The position numbers and the translations under genes are program-made. The notes under the pieces were generated by a model. That model was not told the DNA's origin and searched no databases. It was given only the letters and a program-made list of their open reading frames with translations. Positions 1-10,845 of a stretch of DNA of 64,000 nt are shown here, one piece after another (the stretch's first letter is position 1; the number at the start of each line of letters is the position of its first letter). This stretch comes from Strigamia acuminata (taxonomy: Eukaryota): assembly GCA_949358305.1 (NCBI GenBank), contig OX442314.1:22754001-22818000 (forward strand), read 5' to 3'.

Positions 1-446
1 CTCAGAAAGCAATCCACTGCATCTTTAGTTACTACTAAGTTACAACAAGCTTGGTACAAACTCATTGCTTTGTTTTAAGACTTATAAGGTTTAATGCAAT
101 TTGAGAAGTTGGAAGAAGCTTTCAACTGTGCAATGTTAAGTAGATGGAAATGCAGCTCAGACTAGAACAGCTCTGGACACCCATAGTACTGGCAGTACCA
201 GCAGCAAAACAACTACCAGCTGTGCCTCATGCTTAAAAGGATTCAAAAGCTTTGGGCACCATTGCATTCAGCACAAAACATCATATTTAACCGACTCGAC
301 AAACTAGGTCCTACAGCTATGACCAACACAAGAAAAATCCATTCAAAATGGAGACTTCATATAGCATCTTACAAATAATAAAAAATATGAGATATTCTAT
401 ACAACGAAATACCCAAGACAGACAGTATGCAATAATTAAACATCAG

Positions 447-517
447 GCAACAATCTGAGATCAAGCAACAATCAGAGATCAAGCAACAATCAGAGAGCAA
501 GCAACAATTAGAGATCA
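447..517. repeat. 18-bp minisatellite (GCAACAATCAGAGATCAA x ~4)
   Basis: Four near-identical consecutive 18-bp units read directly from the sequence. Confidence 0.85.
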
Positions 518-1836
518 GTTAGAGGATTCCATTCATGAAAGTGGCAAAGTAGCCGCGGCTCTTATACAAAACTGTCATTTTTGTCAGCAATTACAATTTC
601 AGTTTTTCGTTTGTTACATTTGTTTAATGTAACGAACGAAGTCTGAACGTCACGAACGAAGCGTACGTTCATCGTTCGTGAAGTTAAATACGGAAACAAT
701 ACCGCACTTTTGCAAAAAATACGGTATTCTTGGTGTCTCAGCCGCGGCTACTATTCGAGGGCGACTCTTAATCGGTAAAATACGGTAATTCTTGTTTACA
801 AAAATAGATAGCGTTGAGTGTACTGGTCTTGAATTATGTAAGTGCACACAAAAAACAATAAAACATTTCTGTCGTGCAAATATTTTGCCATCGCTCCTAC
901 CTATCTTCTATCCAAAACAATAAGAAAACAATACAGGTTGAATTGAGGACCCTGCAAATTCCCAAACCTTTAACCAATAACGTTTGCCACTTGGCACTAT
1001 CAACTGTCCATACATCAAAGCTGTGTGTGGCACCCAAGTAATTAAATTTCAAATTTTCAAAAGGCAACCCCCATCACCATCCCTTTCCTTCCTGATCCCG
1101 TCTCCTCCCCGTTTCCCACCCCCTGTCACGTTATTGGTAAAATGATTACACAATTTTGAGAAGCATAATTACATTAATTACAGGCCGTGCATCGTTTTCG
1201 TATCATGGCACCACTCTCGGCGGGAACTTGTGCAATACTTTCAACAGATAAATCCAAAGTGCCTACACATTATGTGTCATTAAAATCGGCTTTCTCGAAG
1301 AAATGCAGTCTTACAGTCAACGCAACACTGCTAGCCGATTTGATTATTGGACAAAATTGGAACAAATTCTCCCGTTTTAAGCTAAACTAATACTTTTACC
1401 ATCAAATTATTGATCCACCATTAACTTTTTTTTCCCCCTTTTTAAATTATTAATTTCTTTTTTTCTAACAATCTGCCATTAGGAACAGCACACCAACTTG
1501 TTTGCCCTAATAAAAATTAATTAAAGTTATAATATGATTGAATAATGTCACGTCAAATAAACTCAAAGAAAAAAGTATTAAAGAAAGAGGGAGGGAGGAA
1601 GAAAAAAAAACATTCAAAAGATGATATCTTTTGATGAGGCAATCTGTTTCACGTTAAATTAATGGCGTTTTTAAATTTGCGTTTTATAAAAATTTCATAT
1701 CATGTATGCTCATTTCACAGTCGAAAAAAGAGAATCTCATACAAAATTAACATTTTGTAAAATAAAAAAAAATTTAAAATTTAAATTTAAAATAAATAGA
1801 AAAAAAAAAGGAAAAAAAAAAAATAAAAACACCTAC

Positions 1837-1961
1837 CTGGTCTGCCCGAACGTTTTCAACAGTGAAATTGAACCAAACGCGAAATCGAGGATTGCATGTG
1901 TCAGGACGGATAAATAAATCGTATTCGTAGTCGCTAATGTAATCGACACGGCCCAAATTGC
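1837..1961 (-). CDS. AGBL4: Cytosolic carboxypeptidase 6 (AGBL4/CCP6-like), coding exon 3 (125 nt); gene continues off the left edge
   Basis: Translates (G)NLGRVDYISDYEYDLFIRPDTCNPRFRVWFNFTVENVRADQ, close to the CCP6 N-terminal domain as recalled (GNLGRVD..EYDLFIRPDTCNPRFRVWFNFTVENV). Flanked by ttttgcAG acceptor (phase 1) and GTaggt donor (phase 0). Confidence 0.93.
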
Positions 1962-3143
1962 CTGCAAAAGAACGATATTTACATTGAAATGTATCCGAAA
2001 ATAAAAATTAATACATAATAAAATATTAATCTTCTTATTTACTTTAATTTTCAATTTTTAATACCAAATGCTAAAGCTATTCAGCGCTTATAAAAATGTC
2101 ATAAAAACATGACAGCTTTTCATGCATGCCTTCAAATAAAAAATCTGACATTTTCATACTTACTAAACCGCATGTGCACGATAAACTGTTTACGATTCGT
2201 GCAACAAAAAAAATTTGATAAAAAGAAGAAAAAAAACATGAAGAAAATTCAAAATTGTCCTCACCAAATCTCCCATAGGCAAACAGCAGGTGCATTCAAT
2301 AGGTTCGTTCAATGTCGTTAAGAAGAAAGTGTCTCTATAAATGACAACCATCCTAAGTGCCTTAAACAACCGGATCAAATCTTAACAAATCCTTTAAGTA
2401 AAAGTGACACAATCTGGGCATGGATATTGGAATCGGTTCTAAAGGTGACGGCTGTGATTCGGCAATAAAAATATTTTGGAATGCACAAAGAAAAGGCATT
2501 TTTCTGCACGACTTCACTGCACTGCAGTACTTATATGCCTCAGTGGCTATTAGCCATACGGCACATTAGGTGCATAACTAGGGGCCCCAAGGTTTAGGCG
2601 CCCTGGTCTTCCAACCTTTATTAAAAACCCAATATTATTTTGTCAGTAATTAGTTTTTGCACTCAAAAAATACAATAGGTGCATTCGGTCATGCCGTTTA
2701 TAAAAACAACCAAAAACATGCAAAAAATTTGGCCCGTTTGTTGTATCGTTTTTGAGTCGTGATCGCGCCAGTACATGGTGCTCAAAAATTCTTTTTCTTT
2801 CATTTAACCAACGAATTGTGGTTGTGGCCCCCTTATTTAAACATAATTTAAGCATTTACTGGCATTTGAGAGGTGTATGCTTCGTCTAAATGTGTTTACA
2901 ATACTTGAAAGTCTGATCTACCAATCTAATTTTCGAGACGGCCATTTTGAATTTGGTTATAAAAACCAAAACCGAGCATAAATAGATTCATAAACCACTC
3001 CAGTCGTGGTTTAAATTTTTTGCAATTTTATGCGAAGGTTTTTGGCTCTTCTTGATGTCATTCTATATAGTAAAATACGGTAAAAACCGTAAAATCCGAA
3101 ACTTTGAACGCACATATTTTTTTCCTTAGTGTGTTTTAAGGTG

Positions 3144-3378
3144 GTTTGCGACATTTTCATAATGGTGATCACCCGTTCCAATCAGAACCCAAAATTTAAG
3201 CAGCATTGGGCCCAGTCAGTACTTGGATGGGTGGCCTGCTGGGAATCTCAGTTGTTTTTCCATCCGTGTCTGATTTAGGTACTGTTTCAACGGCAAGAAA
3301 ATCTGCCATCCACCTCAACAGGGGTTTCTGTGGTTTTCCCAGTTCTCAGTGCGAATGCGAATGTACGACTGGGTCTAC
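3144..3378 (+). mobile_element. 5S rRNA-derived SINE (SINE3-like), copy 1
   Basis: 5S-like head (TTAAGCAGCATTGGGCCCAGTCAGTACTTGGATGGGTGGCCTGCTGGGAA, internal control region A/IE/C boxes) followed by a non-5S body shared with copy 2 at 26353-26510. Confidence 0.75.
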
Positions 3379-4230
3379 ATGAAAACAGTCCCACAGATCA
3401 CAAAAGAAGGAATTACCTTAAAGTCGAAATGACACTCGAGCGTATGCTCATTATCATATGAACGAAATAAGCAATTATTATTACCATATTACCCCAATTT
3501 GGCGAGCATGCCCTAAAATCGTAAGTCCGACCAGGTTGCCGGATAATTCGAATTACCTGGCAGTCATAAGAAAAACCAGTCAATCAGATCCCCAAATCTG
3601 GTCGTGTGTCATGTGGTATTTTTACTATTATTATCCAAATTTCTTATTCAAACTTGAACACCTTCCCTCAAGTTGGGTTTTCACATGCACAAAAGCTCCT
3701 TTAAAATGCTTGGCATTTGATACGATACATTTTCTTTAAGTGCTGGTAACGCCGAATACATTAAATCGTACAAAACCAGTGTTGTGTCTAAAGAAAAAAT
3801 AAAAAAAAAAAACTCAAAGAACCCTGTTTTTTTTTTTCTATCCCATCAAATGAAAGACTTTCAGTAAAGAAAGCGGTTCAGTCGCAAGGCCCGGTTCAAT
3901 TGCAGTTGGCACCGCCTTCAAGTTGATCCTGCCAAACTAATTTTAAAAATTTTCCTTGGTTTTCTAAGTTGTTCATAAACTTTATTGCTATGAATCCAGA
4001 CCATTTATCCGTGTGTTTATTTGTTTTAGATGATTTTCCACAAACAACAACATAGCAGTAACACTAATTTATTTCATGCATTGAGCCTTTTCTCGCCTAT
4101 AGTGAACTAAAAGAATATTTTGTCATAATGCCCACATTATACAAGTAGCCTTAAGAATAATGAAAAATTCAAACACTTTAATAACCCCCTTATTATACAC
4201 TATCCTTAAGAATAATGGGCTGGAAACATT

Positions 4231-4724
4231 AGAGAGTTTGCGGGATGCATTTTACCCTTACAGTTAAAGAATATAGGGTATAAAAATAGTGTAAGGGAAA
4301 AATGATAAATTAAGTTTTTGCGGGCTGCACTTTTTCCTTATCACTACACTATTTCAGCCAACTACTGACAGTTAGTAATTTTGGGCCTAAAAATTCAATT
4401 TTGGGGTGTAAATGTGCAAATTTCTGCATAAAATTCCATTATTATGCCTATAAAGTATGGTTTTGGGAATAAAATTTAATTTTGGGCCTCACTTATCATT
4501 CAATCTACATACCTATGACTGTGATGTGTTTGATCGGGACAACAAAATATTCGCCATTTGCAATGGGCGAAGCTAACAATATAGTGTTCTCAATTCTGAT
4601 TGGCTGCGCTATATTTTAATTTAGTGTTGAAAACGATACACTAAAGATTTTTCCCTTATGATATGGCACTAAAATAGTGTATCGTGGAGCAAAATAAGGG
4701 AAAAATGCATCCCGCAAACTCTCT
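4231..4724. mobile_element. Non-autonomous DNA transposon (MITE) with ~30-bp TIRs
   Basis: AGAGAGTTTGCGGGATGCATTTTACCCTTA at the left end and TAAGGGAAAAATGCATCCCGCAAACTCTCT at the right end. ATT flanks both sides (possible 3-bp TSD). Confidence 0.75.
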
Positions 4725-6958
4725 ATTCTGGTAGTTTTCCACTATTTACATCACACGACAAAATTCCAAATAGCTTTGATCTTCTTTATCAATTTTGTAA
4801 TACAGGTACCGTATATCTTCTAATTGTGTGCGTGCCTCTTTTTCCGTGCGGGCCTCTGATTGTGCGCGGGGCAAAAATATGCTTAGTTGGCAAGCAATGC
4901 ATGACACGTGATTGCAGTCATCCAATCAGCGCACAGAACAACGTTATCTTTGGTCCTTGGTTGGATCATGCAACTATTTTCAGAAACTTTGAATCTCACA
5001 AATGCAAAATCATACGATTGAATAATTTGAGAACATCAAAAATGACTGACTTTATGATTAATCGAAAATCACAAAATTACATTATCGTACATTTAATGAA
5101 ACCCCTTAATACCATTTGCAATTCTCTGCTTGCAGACAATTGCTGTCATAAATTTCTCTGAATAGATGAGCAAAGTTTTATAATTATAACTCAAATATAT
5201 ATACTCTGTACGTACATACAAATAAAACTTTTATCCTTTTTCCTATTTTTCAAACCGAAGAAAAATCGATCAGTCTCAATAAAATGCACTTACAAATGAA
5301 CACACCTAAATTAGTCATTTGTAACTCACAAGTCAGTCGTGCATGCACAAAGTAGCATAACATGTTTAAATAGTTTTAACAATTTAAAATGTCTGATTTT
5401 TAATTGATTTTTTTGGGGTTTCACATCCTTTCCCACCAAATAAATATTAAAGCAGGAGTGGGGAAAATACTGCCCACACTAACCTTTTTCATACAAGCAA
5501 TTTGAAAATATAAACAATATACATACTCTGTAGCCTATATAAAATCACATACATTTTTCATCAAATTTTATGCAAAAATACCACCATAACAATGCACCAG
5601 CATCTAATGCAGCCTAACTTACACCAATTAACCCAAAACATTGTCCTGTGCAGCCCTAACCAAATTAAAATTTGGTTGGTGTATTAGTCCATTTTTCTGT
5701 GGCCCACCTGCGATTTGAAGAATTGAAAACAACCCAACCTATCCCTGTATTTAACTTACAAAAGACTCTTCTTTACACAGATTGAATGCACCTATTTTTG
5801 TCTAGTAAATAGCTCCAATTAGCACCTGGTTCTAATTGGCGCCTGATGCCCAGCACTTCCCAGTCGTGTGGTGACTTATCTCGATCATGATGCATGACGC
5901 TAAACGCATCGCACAGGCAACTAAAGTCACCATAGCCACTCCAGACGTCAATATATTGCAAACTGGATGATTTACTTTTAGTCTGTAACAGCGACTTATT
6001 TATAATCTTTACTCGTGTTGTCTAAATATGATTTATTTTATACTTTTTTAAATTTTACCTAAAAGAGTTCTACTAATTTCCACCTGGTCTACAATTACTG
6101 CCTAGACCAGCAAGGATAAGTGGGAATAAGTGGCCAGATTTAAGGTAGATGGCTTTCGAAAGATAATGCGCAGTTTGTATTTTTTTTTCGACACAGTACT
6201 AGACCTCATTATTTGACATCATCACTTCTGGATAATAGCAAAAAATGAAAACACTCGTGCAACCAGTGGTTGTTAGTTCCAGCTTAAACACGGCTTTAGC
6301 TTAAAAACAGGTAATTTGTCACTTCTCTTTTCATCAACATATTTTGATGATGCAGGAGCTAATTTCTTTTGCGCCAAGCTTCAAGAGCGGCAAAGGAGAC
6401 TAGTATAATTTTAGTGCTTTTAACGAGGCGGTTAATCACGAGTGGGACCAAAACGAGGCCATATGTAGGGGTGAATTGAGAGAGAATATCGGCTCGGGCA
6501 TTTTTGTAGAAAAAAAAGACATATTTATGTAAAAAAAAAATTGCCCGTATGTTCAATTCGACCCTGCCCAAGTGACTTATATTATATTATTTTATATTAT
6601 GTTAACGCCGATTACCTGAACTAATTGGGATCACGGGTGTTCATAAAACCGATTTGTTCGCATAATCAGTCATTAAATGTATGTACAATTGCGGCCATAA
6701 AAATTGTCGCCTTCTCCCTATGCTGGCACAGGGAAAAGATGACAATTTTTATGGCTGCAATTGTACATTCTGCACTGTATACGAGAGCAAAAAATAAAAA
6801 AAATCGTTAAATATCGACTAAAAATCGATAAAAATCGATTAAAAAATCGATGACTGCTGTTGGGATAACCAATCGTTCGTATAGCCGAGGTTGGGGTAAT
6901 CGGAGTTCTACTGTATTCATTTATTTATACGACTTATTGTACTCGTATGTTGTAATAC

Positions 6959-7087
6959 CTCCTTCGAACGATGCATCGAAGATTAGATTTCCTTTTTTGG
7001 CTTTTCCACTTTGTCCAGGTGTACGAACCACAATCCGGTTGACATTTCCAACTCCTCCGTCCGCCTCGTCACTTTCACTGCCACTAT
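6959..7087 (-). CDS. AGBL4: AGBL4/CCP6-like coding exon 2 (129 nt)
   Basis: Translates (D)SGSESDEADGGVGNVNRIVVRTPGQSGKAKKGNLIFDASFEG(G), matching the CCP6 GNV...KKG.LIFDA.FE.G motif. ttccAG acceptor and GTatta donor are both phase 1 and join in frame to exon 3. Confidence 0.92.
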
Positions 7088-10000
7088 CTGGAATAAATTA
7101 ATAAACGAAAAAGAAAAAAGAAAAAAATTATTAAAAAGTTTAAAGGAACCTCTCGGTTGTAAAAGTAAAATTAAACTCATCAATCAAAATTTGTAAAAAG
7201 AAAAAAAGAAAAGAAAAATCCAACTTTGCCGATAATTATCGGCTCTAAACTGACCCCTTCGTCGAAAGTGGCCATTTTCAAGTGGAGAAAACAGTACTAA
7301 AGCTTAGTTTGATGTATGAAAGCCAACACTGTGGAGATATTTCATGGGATAAAACTGTGATCCCTCCACTCGACGAAGCAAAATCAAAATTAACACTCGC
7401 TTTTGTATAAAGTGACACACCTTTAAATCATGGGCCTAGCTTAAGCCTAACGGATCAAAAATGACGCATCAAAACGACTATTCCAGAAGTTTCACGCACA
7501 CTTTATACTCATCCCTTTTTAAATACGATAATTGTGCATCCTTTATGATTGATTTTTAAAGTTTAAACACAATAAACAACCTTGTCGCTTAGACAAACAA
7601 ACAAACACAAAATATTCAATATAATATTCCATTTCGATTGTAAAGTTTGTCAAATTACAACTCCAGCCTAATCCGCAACTGAAAAAATAAAAATAAATAA
7701 ATAATTGAAGCAAATAATTTCGATTATAGTTGCAATTATGGACATTTTTGAACAGTGTTTACTAACCACTAATGCATGAAATGTGTCGCTTTAACATGTG
7801 CATCACACTTGATGAGATTTGTTTTGAGTTGGTTCCGTTTCGTTGCTCCTCTCGACAATCTGTGAATCTCACTCTCATTGAATTACTTAAACGAATTAAT
7901 ACAGAAATCAAAAGAAGAACCTCATCATCAATAGCTCGCCGACAAAAACGAAGCCTAATTTTTTCTTCACTACGCTACGTAAATAAATATTGATTTTATT
8001 AATAACAGTTTTAAACACGAAATTAAAACCTCCAAAAAACATCACTCACTTGTTAACTCCCGTCACAAATTCACACTTATTTCTTTAGCTTTCTAACGAC
8101 GGAAACAAACAACAGTCAACTAAAAGTAAACATGGCGGTCGTTGTTTACGCTCAGCGCTGACCTGTGCAACGACCAGAACAAAGAAAGGCCCGGATCAAG
8201 GATATTCAATGATGTTGATGATGATTATTTATTAAATTAAATCTCATGAATCGGACTGTTAATGAGAAATTTCTGTGAAAATCAATCAGAAATTAATCCG
8301 ACACGGCAATCTAATAAAATGTATATTTCATCGGATCGAAATATCTATTGAATTGAGGTATGCAGTGCCGAAAAGTGTTCCTCTCAATTGCCTGCCATAA
8401 ATATCCAGTGCACGCTGTCACTTTGATATTGCGTTTCGCGGAGATATAAATAGAAACAGTTTCGCTCCAATCCAAAATGGCCAAAGTACATAAATTATTA
8501 CCATTGTAAATCAAATAAAGTCCGTTTCCACGCTCAAATGTCGCTCTATTTTTTATTATCCACTTGAAAACGAAAACGACAACACTTTTAACTATTATCC
8601 ATTACGGGCCGCCGCTTCGATGAATCCGACCTACGACATCATCCCCACTAAGTTGCGCTAATTAGATTAGGTCGCAGCCATTCCTGTTTACATAGCGGGA
8701 CTAATCACAATGAATAATTATTTATTCATCGAACAAGAGAGGCGTCACTCCTTTTAACGGAATGACCGAATTATCGGCCCTATTAATATCTTGGGCTACT
8801 ACTACTTGATTTTTAGGTAAACGAGCCACGGCTCAATGCCCGTTTCGCATGATATCATGCTTGTTTACGGTGTCGATGAAAACTCGTGTTTGGCAACTCG
8901 CCAGGTAAAAATAAAGAAAACAAGTTACCAAAAGGTCCACTGTGGGTGAGGAGGAATTATGTAACATTTTCGTAACCACAAAAAAGATTTTTTTCAATAT
9001 TAGGTACGTACCTTTTTCTTTGATCGATTTTGATCAAAATTTCTCAATCAGTTTGTGTCAATGTATATGTAAATTTTATGCGTTTTTAGCATACAACATT
9101 TTTTGATGTAGAAATACGACTTCCTCCGCGCCTAGACGGGTTGCAACAATCGGACGGGAATGACGTACAAAACGGAAATGACGTACGGTAAGGAAGAGAA
9201 ACTCAAACAATGCGACATAACGCAGCGACGCCTTCTGTTGACGGCACAAACCAATACTCACAGCAAATACAAGCCACACTCACAACTCTCACTAACTCAT
9301 CTACATAAACAAACCAAACATTCTTTCATCGCACGTTTTAGAAGATGAACAATGGTGAACAAGATTGAAGAAAGTTTTTTTGTATTAAATGTTCAGATTT
9401 CCTGTCTTCGAGGATCAAATTGATCTAAATTCACTAAAGTGTGTGTCACCAACACGAAACAGAATATTCTTTTATGCATTTCTCACTAAACTAAATACCC
9501 ACGCAAAGACATCTACGTGTTTGTCCTAAACACTTGAGCTGAGAAACCGTAATTAACCGAAAATCGATATAATTGTTCAATTTTCAAAACCAATATTTAT
9601 TTATTAGTAAATAAAAACATTTTTTTTGTTATTTTAATGTACAAAAAAAAATTTTCTGCTTTTTTTTTATCCATACCGTGGGTAGTTTGAGTGTTTAATG
9701 GGAATAAACCCAGAATTAAAACCCGCGGGTTCTATTTTCGAAGATGGGTTATGTGTATGAGGGGTCCATTAAGTTTTCCACTTTGCTGACTCCATTATAA
9801 ATTCAAACCCATTTGCATCGAGTTATTCCCTTGGAAGCAAAAATTTCCAATAAGTACAAAACTTGCTTTTCCCGAATAATTAATTTCCCAAATTTCCACA
9901 TACTTTGCTCTTTTTTCTCTCTGCCTTTCTCTCTTCTTTCTGCACAACACTTATTCTTAATAACCCTCCAAAGCACAAATCTCACGAGATTAAAAAAAAA

Positions 10001-10364
10001 ATATTAATAAAAAAGGAGAGTGGAGAAAAAAAAATATAAAATGAGAAAAAAAATGCAACAAAGAATAATCAAAAAAAGAAAATCAAAATGAACGTTTTCA
10101 TCAATTTTCTCACACTCGGAAAAATGCTCCTTTCCTTGCCTATTAGTCAAAATTCTTAATTAGGCGTCGTGACTAAACGAAATTCAAGAGTTGCAAACAT
10201 CGTAAAGTCGCTGCTATTTAAGAAAAAACTTGTCAATTATAACGCTGCTCCAGTATCCATTATATAAAAACATAATATTGTTCTAATTATCCTTAAATAA
10301 GTACGAAAGAATAATTTAAACCGTAAATATTTATTTTTACGGTTTATTATAAGTAGCATTATAT

Positions 10365-10845
10365 ATTAGGCCAAAATTGGTCAAATATTGGATATCTGCA
10401 ACCAATATTGGTCCAATATTGGTCCAACATTGGTAACAAAGTTGGCCCATATTGTTAATCCAACATTGGACCAATATTGACTGAAATTTGGCAATTCGAC
10501 AACGGTTTGCCATGTTTAAGCCATTATTGGTAAGTAATATTGGCTCAATATTAATTTGACATTTGTTAACTAATATTGGCCAGTAATTGGCAATGACAAC
10601 CATTAATTGGGCCAATATTGCAATACAATGGTGGATCAATTTTGGTTGAAACTTTGGTACAAGCATTATTATTTGCTGTCTTAATGCCAATATTGTGTCA
10701 TTATTGGGAATACACTATTGATCCAGTGTGAGTTATTATTAGCTAACATATTGGCTACAAGTTACTAACCACTAGTTAGACCAATATTGAATATAGCATT
10801 TAGCAGTATTGGATCGAACTATTTTATCCAGTGTCTTTCAATATT
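10365..10845. repeat. Degenerate array of the palindrome CCAATATTGG (related stretch at ~11640-11700)
   Basis: Many CAATATTG / CCAATATTGG variants clustered together. The overlapping 117-aa ORF is an artefact of the repeat. Confidence 0.55.

Noticed and set aside
540..790. Short inverted repeats and two AAATACGGTA ends, suggestive of a pogo/Tigger-like MITE fragment
   Set aside because: Only one terminus orientation is visible and no TSD could be fixed.
3144..3257. Functional 5S rRNA gene
   Set aside because: The 5' part is degenerate, there is no tandem array, and it continues into a body shared with a second dispersed copy, so a SINE explains it better.
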